From Escherichia phage phiC120, in the sequence record KY703222: a stretch of DNA of 64,000 nt; one strand, written 5' to 3'. A program made the position numbers and the translations under genes. Below the pieces are notes generated by a model that was not told the origin of the DNA, did no database searches, and saw only the letters and a program-made list of their open reading frames with translations. Below are positions 1 through 10,761 of the stretch, in pieces (position 1 is the first letter of the stretch; the number at the start of each line of letters is the position of its first letter).

Positions 1-127
1 ATGAGCATATTCCAAATTATATCTAGTATTTGTATTCTAATCCTATCTCAATCCATTTTCTTTCATTCATAGACTGAGCAATCTTAGGGGCTTGTACGCC
101 TTCAGATATAATTTGGAATATGCTCAT
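1..127. repeat. 24-bp perfect inverted repeat (1-24 / 104-127) with 79-nt spacer
   Basis: Read directly: positions 104-127 are the exact reverse complement of 1-24; left arm touches the window edge. Confidence 0.8.
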
Positions 128-129
128 AA

Positions 130-579
130 TTACCCCTTGTATCCGAGTTTCCTAAGTCCGTCTTCGGTTAGAACTCGAAATTTTATATTTCTCTTTTCAG
201 CAACAGCTGAAGCAGCTTTCCATTTGTCACAGTTCACAGACCAGGTGTATATTTCATTCATATAACGTTTCTTTGCTGCGGTCGTAAGATTTGCAGGCTT
301 AATAGGTGGCTGAGTTTCTTTCTTTGGTTTTATTTCTACAAAGAACTCTTGACCTGATGCATCTTTCATCCATATATCCATAAAGTATCGACGTTTTTTA
401 CCTTCTGCGTTACAGAAATATGGAATTACTGCTGTTTCGCTGCCCCATGCAATAATTTCTGGATTTTTATCTAACCATTCGAAAAAGAATTTTTCCCAGT
501 TTGAACGATACGTTATTTTGGTATGGTCTCCACGGTATTTTTTTAAATTTTTTGGGACCCATTTACCAGAGTAGGCCAT
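130..579 (-). CDS. 4: head completion protein gp4
   Basis: Translation from [11 protein letters not shown] matches recalled T4 gp4; AGGAGG SD upstream; track ORF N-terminal extension trimmed to this ATG. Confidence 0.85.
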   Translation of the reverse strand: MAYSGKWVPKNLKKYRGDHTKITYRSNWEKFFFEWLDKNPEIIAWGSETAVIPYFCNAEGKKRRYFMDIWMKDASGQEFFVEIKPKKETQPPIKPANLTTAAKKRYMNEIYTWSVNCDKWKAASAVAEKRNIKFRVLTEDGLRKLGYKG

Positions 580-590
580 GTTGTCCTCCT

Positions 591-598
591 TATAAATA
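591..598 (+). promoter_or_regulatory. late promoter TATAAATA for gene 53
   Basis: Exact T4 late promoter octamer about 43 nt upstream of gene 53 start. Confidence 0.6.
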
Positions 599-605
599 GT
601 ATTAT

Positions 606-613
606 TATTTATA
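606..613 (-). promoter_or_regulatory. late promoter TATAAATA (minus strand) for gene 4
   Basis: Plus-strand TATTTATA is TATAAATA on the minus strand, about 27 nt upstream of gene 4 start; divergent with the gene 53 promoter. Confidence 0.55.
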
Positions 614-640
614 CCAATTTCATATTGGAAGGAGACTATC

Positions 641-1216
641 TTGTTATTTACATTCTTCGACCCAATAGGATATAGTGCTAAAACCATTAATAAGAACGCA
701 CCTACTATTCCTATGACAGACATATTTCGTAATTATAAAGAGTACTTTAAACGTGTTGCGACCAACTATAGATTACAAACTTATTATATTAAAGGTTCTC
801 CACGCCCAGAAGAACTAGCAAATATCATTTATGGTAATCCACAATTATACTGGGTCCTTTTGATGTGTAATGACAATTACGACCCGTATTATGGTTGGAT
901 TACATCTCAGGAAGCAGCGTATCAAGCGTCTATTCAGAAATATGCAAATGCTGGCGGAGACCAAATTCTTTATCATATTAACGAAAAACGCGAGAAATTT
1001 TATAACTTAGTTTCATATCCAGATGAGCCATTAGTATGGTATGATAAAGGCGACAAAGCTCGTAAGTATCCGCAATATAAAGGACCTTTAGCTGCAGTAG
1101 ATACTTATGAAGCAGCTGTACTAGATAACGAAAAACTTCGTAAAATAAAAATTGTTGCAAAGGAAGATATAAACTCGTTTATCACTGATTTGATTCGTGA
1201 GATGGAGATTGCATAA
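641..1216 (+). CDS. 53: baseplate wedge subunit gp53
   Basis: 191 aa; N-terminus MLFTFFDPI matches recalled T4 gp53; position between 4 and 5. Confidence 0.92.
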   Translation: MLFTFFDPIGYSAKTINKNAPTIPMTDIFRNYKEYFKRVATNYRLQTYYIKGSPRPEELANIIYGNPQLYWVLLMCNDNYDPYYGWITSQEAAYQASIQKYANAGGDQILYHINEKREKFYNLVSYPDEPLVWYDKGDKARKYPQYKGPLAAVDTYEAAVLDNEKLRKIKIVAKEDINSFITDLIREMEIA

Positions 1217-2949
1217 TGGAAATGATTAGTAGTAGCCTTAATTGGTTCGTTGGTGTTGTTGAAGACAGAATGGACCCATTGAAACAAGGGCGTGTTCGAG
1301 TTCGAGTCGTAGGACTTCATCCAGCGCAGAGAGCACAAGGTGACGTACAAGGTATTCCTACCGAAAAACTTCCATGGATGACTGTTATTCAACCTATTAC
1401 ATCGGCATCAATGTCGGGTATTGGTGGTTCTGTTACAGGCCCTGTCGAAGGAACTCGAGTATATGGTCATTTCTTAGACAAATGGAAAACAAACGGTATT
1501 GTACTCGGTACATATGGTGGAATTGTACGCGAAAAGCCTAATAGACTAGAAGGTTTTTCCGACCCTACAGGTCAATATCCACGACGTTTAGGTAATGATA
1601 CGAACGTATTAAACCAAGGTGGTGAAGCTGGTTATTATTCGAATTCTAACGTAATTCAAGACAACAACTTGGATTATGGTATAAACCCAGATGATACAGA
1701 TTTAGCAAATATTCCAGAAGATGATGACCCTAATTTTACAATAACAGAAATGTTACGTCGTGATGAAGGTCTTCGTGATAAAGTGTATTGGGACCATCTA
1801 GGGTATCCTACAGTAGGTATTGGACACCTTATCGTAATGGAAAAGACCCGAGACATGACTCGAATTAATAAATTGTTATCCGATCAAGTAGGGCGTGAAG
1901 TAACAGGAAATCCAGGAACTATTACATTAGAAGAAGCAACAGCTCTATTTGAGAAGGACCTTGCTAAGATGCAGAAAGACATTCGTTCTAATTCTAAAGT
2001 AGGTCCTGTTTATGCTAAAATGAACAGGTCTCGTCAAATGGCATTAGAAAACATGTGCTTCCAAATGGGCGTTGGCGGTGTAGCAAAATTCAATACTATG
2101 CTTAAAGCAATGGCCACAGGTGATTGGAAAACTGCATACAAATCTGGGCGTGATTCATTATGGTTCCAACAGACTAAAGGGCGTGCTTCACGTGTAACAA
2201 CAATTATTTTAACTGGTAACATGGAATCATATGGCGTTCCTGTTAAAACACCACCTTCACCAGGAGTCGGTGCCGATTTAGTTACTAGAAATACCGATTC
2301 AGAAGACCCTGCCGGTCCTCCTGTTCCATTAGATTCACGCATCCTTTTTAAAGAACCAGAATCAAGTTATCGTGGTGAGTATCCGTATGTTCATGCTATG
2401 GAAACAGAAAGTGGTCATATCCAAGAATTTGACGATACTCCAGGTAATGAACGTTATCGCTTAGTTCATCCAACAGGGTCATATGAGGAAGTTTCTCCGT
2501 CTGGGCGTCGTACTCGTAAAACTGTAGAAGACCTTTTTGACATCACTAATGGTGATGGGAACTTTTTGATTTCTGGCGATAAGCTTGTTAACGTTGGTGC
2601 TAATGAAATATATTATAACATGGCAGACCGCCTCCATCAAATAGATGGCAATGACACAATCTTTATTCGTGGCAACCAAGTTAAAACTGTTGAAGGCGAT
2701 GGAACTCTTTACGTTAAGGGCAATATCAAAATAGTCGTTGACGGGAATGCAGATATTCTTGTTAAAGGCGATGCTAAAACTCAAGTTGAAGGTAATCATG
2801 ACTATACTGTCAATGGTAATGTTAAATGGACTGTTAATGGTAATGTTGATATGACTGTTGCTGGGGATTGGGCAGAAACGATGTCTACAATGAGCTCAGT
2901 AGCTTCAGGACAATATACTGTTGACGGATCTCGTATTGATATTGGGTAA
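1216..2949 (+). CDS. 5: baseplate hub subunit and tail lysozyme gp5
   Basis: 577 aa; OB-fold N-terminus, central T4-lysozyme-like domain, C-terminal VxGxxxxx beta-helix repeats (VKGD/VEGN/VNGN). Confidence 0.95.
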   Translation: MEMISSSLNWFVGVVEDRMDPLKQGRVRVRVVGLHPAQRAQGDVQGIPTEKLPWMTVIQPITSASMSGIGGSVTGPVEGTRVYGHFLDKWKTNGIVLGTYGGIVREKPNRLEGFSDPTGQYPRRLGNDTNVLNQGGEAGYYSNSNVIQDNNLDYGINPDDTDLANIPEDDDPNFTITEMLRRDEGLRDKVYWDHLGYPTVGIGHLIVMEKTRDMTRINKLLSDQVGREVTGNPGTITLEEATALFEKDLAKMQKDIRSNSKVGPVYAKMNRSRQMALENMCFQMGVGGVAKFNTMLKAMATGDWKTAYKSGRDSLWFQQTKGRASRVTTIILTGNMESYGVPVKTPPSPGVGADLVTRNTDSEDPAGPPVPLDSRILFKEPESSYRGEYPYVHAMETESGHIQEFDDTPGNERYRLVHPTGSYEEVSPSGRRTRKTVEDLFDITNGDGNFLISGDKLVNVGANEIYYNMADRLHQIDGNDTIFIRGNQVKTVEGDGTLYVKGNIKIVVDGNADILVKGDAKTQVEGNHDYTVNGNVKWTVNGNVDMTVAGDWAETMSTMSSVASGQYTVDGSRIDIG

Positions 2950-2952
2950 TAT

Positions 2953-3468
2953 ATGGCACAAATACTTCCTTTAAATACCGACTTAGGAGAAGACATGGAA
3001 GGGGCGTCTATTGACGTCCTTTTTACTCCGCAGTTAGAAACTACCGAAACTTTGGTGTCAATAAATATAATAGATTATGAACCAACACAAGGCATTACAG
3101 TTGACGGTAATCACTTATATGGAACATATGAAAGCGTATTTAGCTTTTCTTCAGATGCATTGAAATATCGATTAAACGATGATTTTAAAACTGCATCTTC
3201 ATGGGAAGATTTACCACAAGACCAAAGCACTCAACTATATTTGTGGAGAGCTCCTCAGAACCTCCGTAAAGTATTTAGTTATACGGTTGAAATGATTTAT
3301 AACTACCAAGAAGAAAGTTCATCAGGCGGTTCTAGAAGTGACTCTGGTACAGAACCTCCACCGGCTCCAGTACAAAAAACTCTTACTAAGGTTTATACAA
3401 AAACTATAGTAGGAAATTGGAGCAAATGGGCTCAACAATTACGAAACTATGTTTATGCGAGGCCATAA
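2953..3468 (+). CDS. 5.1: gp5.1-like protein
   Basis: 171 aa ORF at the T4 5.1 position between 5 and 5.4. Confidence 0.7.
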   Translation: MAQILPLNTDLGEDMEGASIDVLFTPQLETTETLVSINIIDYEPTQGITVDGNHLYGTYESVFSFSSDALKYRLNDDFKTASSWEDLPQDQSTQLYLWRAPQNLRKVFSYTVEMIYNYQEESSSGGSRSDSGTEPPPAPVQKTLTKVYTKTIVGNWSKWAQQLRNYVYARP

Positions 3469-3470
3469 AA

Positions 3471-3764
3471 ATGTCTGGATTAAGTTACGACCAGTGCGTT
3501 ACAACAGGTCATGAAGCATGGCCTCCTACAGTAATTAATGCTTCTCAATCTAAAGTATTCACCGGCGGTATTCCTGTTCTTGTAGCAGGAGACCAAATAA
3601 CACCTCATACAGAAATTAAAAAACCGTACGAGACTCATGGTGGTGTTACTGAACCTCGTACATCTAAAGTATATGTCACCGGTAAAAAGGCCGTTCAAAT
3701 GGCTGACCCAATTTCATGCGGGGACACTGTTTCTCAGGCCTCGTCAAAAGTCTTTATAAAATAG
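3471..3764 (+). CDS. 5.4: PAAR-repeat spike tip protein gp5.4
   Basis: 97 aa from [19 protein letters not shown]; near-identical to recalled T4 gp5.4; track ORF extension trimmed. Confidence 0.9.
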   Translation: MSGLSYDQCVTTGHEAWPPTVINASQSKVFTGGIPVLVAGDQITPHTEIKKPYETHGGVTEPRTSKVYVTGKKAVQMADPISCGDTVSQASSKVFIK

Positions 3765-3772
3765 GAATTAAA

Positions 3773-5743
3773 ATGGCAAACACTCCTGTAAATTATCAGT
3801 TAGTCAGAACGGCGAATGCTATTCCCGAAATTTTTATCGGGGGCACATTTGCCGAAATTAAAACAAATATAATCGAATGGCTCAATGGACAGAACGAATT
3901 TCTTGATTATGATTTTGAAGGTTCGCGTTTAAACGTATTGTGTGACCTTTTAGCATATAATACTCTTTATATCCAACAGTTCAGTAATAGTGCAGTGTAT
4001 GAAAGCTTTATGCGTACTGCTAACTTGCGCAGTTCCGTTGTACAAGCGGCTCAGGATAATGGATATCTGCCTGCATCTAAATCGGCAGCACAAACAGAAA
4101 TTATGCTCACATGTACGGATGCATTAAATAGAAACTATATCACTATTCCGCGTGGTACTCGTTTCCTGGCGTATGCTAAAGGTACTTCTGTTAACCCGTA
4201 TAACTTTGTTTCCACCGAAGACGTCATTGTAGTTAAAGACAAAAATAATCAATATTTCCCACGTCTTAGGTTAGCTCAGGGACGTATTGTTCGTACTGAA
4301 TTAACATTTGATAAATTAAAACCTATCATTATTCGTGATAAGAACATTGACCGTAATTTGGTTAAATTGTATGTTGACGGAGCAGAATGGATTAACTGGA
4401 CTCGCAAATCGATGGTTCATGCTGGTTCTACTTCAACCATTTATTATATGCGAGAAACTGTTGACGGGAACACTGAATTTTATTTTGGTGAAGGTGAAAT
4501 CTCTATTAACACATCAGAAGGTGCTTTAACATCTAACTACATTGGCGGCCTTAAACCTGTCCAGGGTTCTAAAATCGTAATTGAATATATTTCTACTAAT
4601 GGTGCTGAAGCAAATGGTGCAGTAGGATTCTCTTATGCTGATACATTAGCTAATATCACAGTTATTGGAATTAATGAAAACCCAAGTAATAACCCTGACT
4701 TCGTTGGTGCTGATGGCGGTGGCGACCCTGAAGATATTGAACGTATCCGTGAATTAGGTACAATTAAACGCGAAACTCAACAACGATGTGTGACTGCGAC
4801 CGATTACGACACATTCGTCTCTGAACGATTTGGTTCTATTATTCAAGCGGTTCAGACATTTACGGATTCATCTAAGCCTGGGTACGCATTTATTGCTGCT
4901 AAACCTAAGTCTGGGCTATATTTGACTTCCGTCCAACGAGACGATATTAAAAATTATCTTAATGAGTATAACTTAGGGACGATAACTCCTGTTGTTATTT
5001 CTCCTGATTATTTGTTTATTAAAATGAATATTCGCGTTACGTATGCATTGAACAAATTACAGGAATCTGAACAATGGTTAGAAGGCCAAATTATTAATAA
5101 AATCGACCGGTATTATATTGAAGACGTGGAAATTTTTAACTCGTCATTCGCAAAATCTAAAATGCTAACGTATGTAGATGACGCAGATATTTCTATCATT
5201 GGTTCGTCTGCGACTATTCAAATGGTTCGCGAGGTACAGAACTTCTACAAAACACCTGAAACAGGTATTAAATACAATAACCAGATTAAAGATAGAACAT
5301 TAGAATCTAACGTGTTTTCATTTGATAGTTTACGCGTTGACCCTGAAACGGAAGCTACTATTAAATACGACGTTCGCATTGTAGGTTCAGATAGAAATGA
5401 CCGTGGCATTGGACAAGTTATTATTGGCCCGTTTGCAGATGGCGACGTTATAGAAAATGCTTATATTCAACCATATACTGGTGACGATTTTAATAAACTT
5501 CATGTTACGGACGGAAGAAACAAATATTACTCTATAGGTGAAGTAAATTATCCGGCTGATTCAATTTATTGGAATATAGCTAAAATTGATTTAACTTCTG
5601 ATAGGTTTGAAGTTCAAACTATTGAACTCTATTCAGACCCAGCTGATGATGTTATCTTTACTAAAGACGGGTCATTAATTGTATTTGAAAATGACTTACG
5701 TCCGCAATATTTAACCATAGATTTGGAGCCTATTTCACAATGA
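3773..5743 (+). CDS. 6: baseplate wedge subunit gp6
   Basis: Start MANTPVNYQL matches recalled T4 gp6; about 656 aa. Confidence 0.93.
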   Translation: MANTPVNYQLVRTANAIPEIFIGGTFAEIKTNIIEWLNGQNEFLDYDFEGSRLNVLCDLLAYNTLYIQQFSNSAVYESFMRTANLRSSVVQAAQDNGYLPASKSAAQTEIMLTCTDALNRNYITIPRGTRFLAYAKGTSVNPYNFVSTEDVIVVKDKNNQYFPRLRLAQGRIVRTELTFDKLKPIIIRDKNIDRNLVKLYVDGAEWINWTRKSMVHAGSTSTIYYMRETVDGNTEFYFGEGEISINTSEGALTSNYIGGLKPVQGSKIVIEYISTNGAEANGAVGFSYADTLANITVIGINENPSNNPDFVGADGGGDPEDIERIRELGTIKRETQQRCVTATDYDTFVSERFGSIIQAVQTFTDSSKPGYAFIAAKPKSGLYLTSVQRDDIKNYLNEYNLGTITPVVISPDYLFIKMNIRVTYALNKLQESEQWLEGQIINKIDRYYIEDVEIFNSSFAKSKMLTYVDDADISIIGSSATIQMVREVQNFYKTPETGIKYNNQIKDRTLESNVFSFDSLRVDPETEATIKYDVRIVGSDRNDRGIGQVIIGPFADGDVIENAYIQPYTGDDFNKLHVTDGRNKYYSIGEVNYPADSIYWNIAKIDLTSDRFEVQTIELYSDPADDVIFTKDGSLIVFENDLRPQYLTIDLEPISQ

Positions 5744-8700
5744 CAGTAAAAGCGCCAGCAGTCACGAGTCTCAGATTATCTAAATTGTCCGCAAACCAAG
5801 TTCAAATTCGCTGGGATGAGGTTGGCGCTAATTTCTACTATTTTGTGGAAATAGCTGAGACCAAAACAGCTAACGGGGAAGCAATTCCCCGTAATAGCTA
5901 TAGATGGACTAATTTAGGATATACCGCTGATAACAATTTCTTTGAGTCTGGTTTAAATTCATTAACAACATATATGATGCGTGTGGCTACAGCAGCGGAG
6001 GGATTTGAGCAGTCTGATTGGAGATACACTGAAGAGTTTGAAACATTTGAAATAAACGCTTACACATTCCAACATATGATTGAAATGCAATTAGCTAACG
6101 AGTTTATTTCTGAAAAATTTACAAAAAATAATACAAACTACGTTGATTTTAATAATGACACGATCATGGCAGCACTGATGAGCGAGTCGTTCCAATTCAG
6201 TCCTGCATACACCGATGTGTCATCGATTAGAAATTTTATAATTGGTGAAAATCAGTATCATGAAATCCAGGGGCATATCCAGGATGTATGTAAAGATATA
6301 AATCGAGTATATCTAATGGAATCTGAAGGAATTCTTTACCTTTTTGAAAGATTCCAACCTATTGTAAAAGTGTCTAATGATAAAGGCCAAACATGGAAAG
6401 CGGTTAAATTGCTTAATGACCGTGTAGGATATCCACTTTCACGAACCGTATATTACCAATCAGAATATACGACGTATTTGCTCGGCTATGATAAGATTTT
6501 TTACGGGCGTAAATCATCCGATATTCGTTGGTCTGCTGATGATGTTCGTTTCAGTTCACAAGACGTAACATTTGCTAAAATCGGGGATAAATTAAATTTA
6601 GGTTTTGATGTAGAGATTTTCGGTACATACGCGTCATTACCAGGAAACGTATCACGTATTGCAGAAGCTATTACTTGTAATGATGACTATGTTTATATTG
6701 CGGCCAGAGATAAAGTTCGCTTCGTTAAAACCAGTAACGCTCCTATTGATTCAGATCCATTATCTCCGACCTATTCCGAACGGTTGTTTGAACCTGAGAC
6801 GTTTACAATAACAGGCAACCCTAAAGCAGTTTGTTATAAAATGGATTCTGTTGGTGGAAGAATATTCGCTCTTATTATTGGTGAAGTTGAAAACGTTAAT
6901 GACGACCCAAGAACAAAGCCTATTTTGGATTCCGTTGATAAAGGTGTATACGTTTTAGACCATGACGCTGGAACATTTAAAAGGATATTTGGTAATACCG
7001 AAGAAGAACGCCGTCGTATAGAACCGGCTTTCACCAATATGTCTACTGATGGTGTTGAGCTTTATATCTCTTCTAGTAATTTTAAATTTTTAGAATCTGA
7101 TATTGTTGACGACCCAGAAACGCAATCTAAGTACGGACTTTTGGGAGCAGTTAAGTATGAATATCCTAGAGAATGGCTCGCAGATAAACATTACCATATG
7201 ATGATTTTCGCATCAAACGAAGAAAGTAATTGGGAAACTTTTTCACCAACTCCTATGCAGTATTATGCAGAACCTTTCTTTAGTTATTCTAGAAAATCAG
7301 GCACACGTTCTTGGATTAATAACTCTGATAGAGCGGTAGTGATTTATTCTGATTTGCTTTACACAAAGGTAGTGGAAAGCTACCCTAGCACTTCACCTGA
7401 TCGTAAAGTTCACGAATACTGGAATGACGGCGATTGTAAGATTGTTATGCCGAATATAGAATTCACTGGATTTAAAAAATACGCATCTGGTATGTTGTTT
7501 TATAAATCATCAGGTGAAATAATTTCATATTACGATTTTAGTTATCGTGTTAGAGATAACGTTTCTATAATTTGGAAGCCCACTAACGTATTTTTGACCG
7601 CCTCATTACAAAACCAAGAAAAAGAAACTTCTTGGGTTCCTGTTGAAGAGACAGGTCTAGCTGACCCGGATTTACGCCCATTACTCACTACAATGATGCC
7701 AGAGTCTTATCTGTTGGATAATACAAACTTTGAAGCATTTTGTGAAGCGTATATTCAATATCTTTCTGATGGATACGGGACTCATTATAATAACTTATTG
7801 AATTTGATTAAAAATAAATACCCACGAGAAGAACACGCATGGGAATATCTTTGGTCTGAAATTTATAAACGGAACATTTATTTGAATGCTGAGAAACGTG
7901 ATTTAGTTTCTAGGTTCTTTGAGTCCAGAAGTTATGATTTTTATTCTACTAAAGGAACTGAAGCATCGTATAAGTTTTTGTTTAAAGTTCTTTATAACGA
8001 AGACGTTGAAGTGGAAATCGAGTCATCTGCTGGAACAGAGTATGATATCATAATTCAATCTGATTCTATAAGTGAAGATTTGGTTGGACAAACTATATAC
8101 ACCGCTACAGGTAGATGTAATGTTACATATTTAGAAAGAAGCTATTCTAAAGGTAAATTACAATGGACTGTGACTATTCATAACCTTTTAGGTAGGCTTT
8201 TAGTCGGACAAGAAGTAAAAGCCGAAAGACTAGCAGATTTTGAAGGTGAAATAGTTCGCGGTATTAAAGGTAAAGAACTTGCCCAAAACACTATCGATTA
8301 TTTTAATCGTGGTAGAGCTTATTACGTCATGAAAATAAAGTCAAATCTTCCATCCTCTCGTTGGAAATCTGACGTACTACGTTTTGTACATCCGGTAGGA
8401 TTTGGATTTATTGCAATAACCTTATTAACAATGTTTATTAATACAGGATTAACGCTTAAACATGTTGAAACTATTATTAATAAATATAAAAATTATAAGT
8501 GGGATTCCGGACTGCCTACGGAATATGCAGACCGCGTCGCTCGTTTAGACCCTCAAGGTAATGTAGAATTCAATCCTGTTACAGGTGAAGTAATTTATGA
8601 TGCTGGTCCTTATGCCGGTATCGAATACCCTTTACCTGCAAATTATAATGAAGAAAATGATAACTCTATTTTCCAAGGACAATTACCGTCCGAACGACGC

Positions 8701-8838
8701 AAGCCGATGAGCCCATTATTTGATGCATCAGGTACAACGTTCTCTAGATTTAGAGAGCTTGTTAATGAAAGATTGTTAGATAACGTGGGAAATCCTAGAG
8801 ACCCGATTAATCCACCACAGGTTAAATTAGATGAATGA
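5740..8838 (+). CDS. 7: baseplate wedge initiator gp7
   Basis: 1032 aa, same length as T4 gp7; synteny. Confidence 0.93.
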   Translation: MTVKAPAVTSLRLSKLSANQVQIRWDEVGANFYYFVEIAETKTANGEAIPRNSYRWTNLGYTADNNFFESGLNSLTTYMMRVATAAEGFEQSDWRYTEEFETFEINAYTFQHMIEMQLANEFISEKFTKNNTNYVDFNNDTIMAALMSESFQFSPAYTDVSSIRNFIIGENQYHEIQGHIQDVCKDINRVYLMESEGILYLFERFQPIVKVSNDKGQTWKAVKLLNDRVGYPLSRTVYYQSEYTTYLLGYDKIFYGRKSSDIRWSADDVRFSSQDVTFAKIGDKLNLGFDVEIFGTYASLPGNVSRIAEAITCNDDYVYIAARDKVRFVKTSNAPIDSDPLSPTYSERLFEPETFTITGNPKAVCYKMDSVGGRIFALIIGEVENVNDDPRTKPILDSVDKGVYVLDHDAGTFKRIFGNTEEERRRIEPAFTNMSTDGVELYISSSNFKFLESDIVDDPETQSKYGLLGAVKYEYPREWLADKHYHMMIFASNEESNWETFSPTPMQYYAEPFFSYSRKSGTRSWINNSDRAVVIYSDLLYTKVVESYPSTSPDRKVHEYWNDGDCKIVMPNIEFTGFKKYASGMLFYKSSGEIISYYDFSYRVRDNVSIIWKPTNVFLTASLQNQEKETSWVPVEETGLADPDLRPLLTTMMPESYLLDNTNFEAFCEAYIQYLSDGYGTHYNNLLNLIKNKYPREEHAWEYLWSEIYKRNIYLNAEKRDLVSRFFESRSYDFYSTKGTEASYKFLFKVLYNEDVEVEIESSAGTEYDIIIQSDSISEDLVGQTIYTATGRCNVTYLERSYSKGKLQWTVTIHNLLGRLLVGQEVKAERLADFEGEIVRGIKGKELAQNTIDYFNRGRAYYVMKIKSNLPSSRWKSDVLRFVHPVGFGFIAITLLTMFINTGLTLKHVETIINKYKNYKWDSGLPTEYADRVARLDPQGNVEFNPVTGEVIYDAGPYAGIEYPLPANYNEENDNSIFQGQLPSERRKPMSPLFDASGTTFSRFRELVNERLLDNVGNPRDPINPPQVKLDE

Positions 8839-9835
8839 TTCAAGTGTTGTCTATCGTTCGATAGTTACTTCAAAATTTAGAACTGAAAAAATGTTGAATT
8901 TCTACAATTCAATAGGTGATGGTGATAATAAAAACACCATCTTTATAACGTTTGGTCGGTCTGAACCATGGGCTGCTAATGAAAATGAGGTGGGCTTCGC
9001 CCCACCGTATCCAACAGACTCGGTTTTAGGTGTAACAGATATGTGGACTAACATGATGGGTTTAGTTAAAGTTATCCCATCTATGTTAGACTCTGTTATT
9101 CCTAGACGTGACTGGGGAGATATTCGTTATCCGGACCCTTATACATTCAAAATAAATGATATAGTCGTATGTAATACAGCCCCATATAATGCCACTGAAG
9201 TCGGAGCTGGATGGTTAGTATACCGTTGCGTAGATGTTCCTGATGTTGGGATGTGTTCTATTGAGTCTCTCGACAACAAAGAAGAATGTCTTAAATTAGG
9301 CGGTAAATGGACTCCATCTGTTAGGTCTTTAACCCCTCCTGAAGGCCGTGGAGACGCTGAAGGGATTATCGAAGTTGGTGATGGATATATATGGGAGTAT
9401 CTTTATGAGATTCCACCCGATGTGTCTATAAACCGATGTACTAATGAATATATAGTCGTTCCATGGCCGGAAGAAGTTAAAGAAGACCCTGCTCGTTGGG
9501 GATATGAAAACAATCTAACCTGGCAACAAGATGATTTTGGCCTTGTGTATAGAGTTAAAGCAAACATAATTCGTTTTAAAGCCTATTTAGACTCAGTTTA
9601 TTTCCCTAATGCAGCACTGCCTGGTAATAAAGGATTTAGACAAATTTCTATTATCACAAACCCGTTGGAAGCTAAACTCCGTCCTAATGACCCTAATATA
9701 AAAGCTGAAAAGGATTATTATGACCCCAGAGATTTACAGCGTCATTCCGGTGAAATGATTTATATGGAAAACCGTCCACCTATTATTATGGCAATGGACC
9801 AAACCGAAGAGATCAATATTTTGTTTATGTTCTAA
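8831..9835 (+). CDS. 8: baseplate wedge subunit gp8
   Basis: 334 aa, same length as T4 gp8; synteny. Confidence 0.92.
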   Translation: MNDSSVVYRSIVTSKFRTEKMLNFYNSIGDGDNKNTIFITFGRSEPWAANENEVGFAPPYPTDSVLGVTDMWTNMMGLVKVIPSMLDSVIPRRDWGDIRYPDPYTFKINDIVVCNTAPYNATEVGAGWLVYRCVDVPDVGMCSIESLDNKEECLKLGGKWTPSVRSLTPPEGRGDAEGIIEVGDGYIWEYLYEIPPDVSINRCTNEYIVVPWPEEVKEDPARWGYENNLTWQQDDFGLVYRVKANIIRFKAYLDSVYFPNAALPGNKGFRQISIITNPLEAKLRPNDPNIKAEKDYYDPRDLQRHSGEMIYMENRPPIIMAMDQTEEINILFMF

Positions 9836-9839
9836 TTTA

Positions 9840-9857
9840 GGGAGACTTCGGTCTCCC
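9840..9857 (+). terminator. hairpin GGGAGAC-TTCG-GTCTCCC after gene 8
   Basis: Perfect 7-bp GC-rich stem with UUCG tetraloop, followed by TTT; same sequence recurs at 29187 and, reverse-complemented, at 52007. Confidence 0.7.
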
Positions 9858-9864
9858 TTTCGTG

Positions 9865-9872
9865 TATAAATA
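9865..9872 (+). promoter_or_regulatory. late promoter TATAAATA for gene 9
   Basis: Exact octamer 26 nt upstream of gene 9 ATG. Confidence 0.65.
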
Positions 9873-9897
9873 GTATAAACTATTAAGGATTAGCCAC

Positions 9898-10761
9898 ATG
9901 TATATTCAAACTCCAAAACAATTGATTGACGTTGGCGAAATTGGTAACGCTTCTACAGGCGATATCCTTTTTGACGGCGGTGTTAAAATAAACAATGATA
10001 TAAATGCTATTTACAATGCGTTTGGCGACCAACGAAAAATGGCAACTGCTAATGGGACAGGACCAAATGGACAAATAATCCATGCTACTGGATACTACCA
10101 AAAAGGAGGTCCTACTGATTATTTCACCCCTGTTCCAGTAGGAAGTAGACACGACATAGATGCTTCTACTGGTGGTGTTATTGTTACTGTTGCTAGAGGT
10201 GAACTCGGTGATTCCGTGGAATTTATAAATTCAAACGGGTCAATTTCGGTAAACAACCCATTAAGTATCCAAGCATTAGATTCTATTAAAGGTGTTGCAG
10301 GTAATTTAGTTATAACTACACCTTATACTAAAGTTACTCTTCGTTGTATTTCTTCTGGTACAGGCGGTTCAATATGGGATTATTCTACAGAAAGTATGTT
10401 TAGTCATACCGAAATTCCTGTAGACGGGACATGGAATATTATTTCAGACTATGTCAATATTCCTCTATTTTATAAAACTGAATATAATGCTGCTAAACTT
10501 TTGGTTACATGCCAATCTGCCAACGGCAGAAAAATTAAATCATGCGAAATAAATATTCTAATAGATACAATTAATTCAAGAGTTATTTCAACTGAATACG
10601 CAGTGATGCGCGTTGGTAATGATAACGAAGAAGATGAAATTGCGAATATTAGTTTTTCGATAATTAACAATTTTGCCACTATGACAGTTTCTTCATATAT
10701 AAATGGTCTTCGAGTGGCAGCTAAAGTTATTTCAACTCAGAAAATTAGGGTCGCTCAATAA
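9898..10761 (+). CDS. 9: baseplate wedge / long tail fiber socket gp9
   Basis: 287 aa; synteny and recalled T4 gp9 similarity. Confidence 0.92.
   Translation: MYIQTPKQLIDVGEIGNASTGDILFDGGVKINNDINAIYNAFGDQRKMATANGTGPNGQIIHATGYYQKGGPTDYFTPVPVGSRHDIDASTGGVIVTVARGELGDSVEFINSNGSISVNNPLSIQALDSIKGVAGNLVITTPYTKVTLRCISSGTGGSIWDYSTESMFSHTEIPVDGTWNIISDYVNIPLFYKTEYNAAKLLVTCQSANGRKIKSCEINILIDTINSRVISTEYAVMRVGNDNEEDEIANISFSIINNFATMTVSSYINGLRVAAKVISTQKIRVAQ

Noticed and set aside
978-2342. Several short antisense or alternative-frame ORFs within genes 53 and 5 (978-1160, 1105-1392, 1674-1856, 2034-2342)
   Set aside because: Fully embedded in well-supported structural genes on the other strand; no start signals.
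3417-3764. Longer N-terminal extensions in the ORF track for several genes (5.4, 6, 11, uvsY, alc, gene 4, alt-adjacent ORF)
   Set aside because: Internal ATGs with good SD and agreement with recalled T4 N-termini give the shorter starts; extensions overlap upstream genes or promoters.
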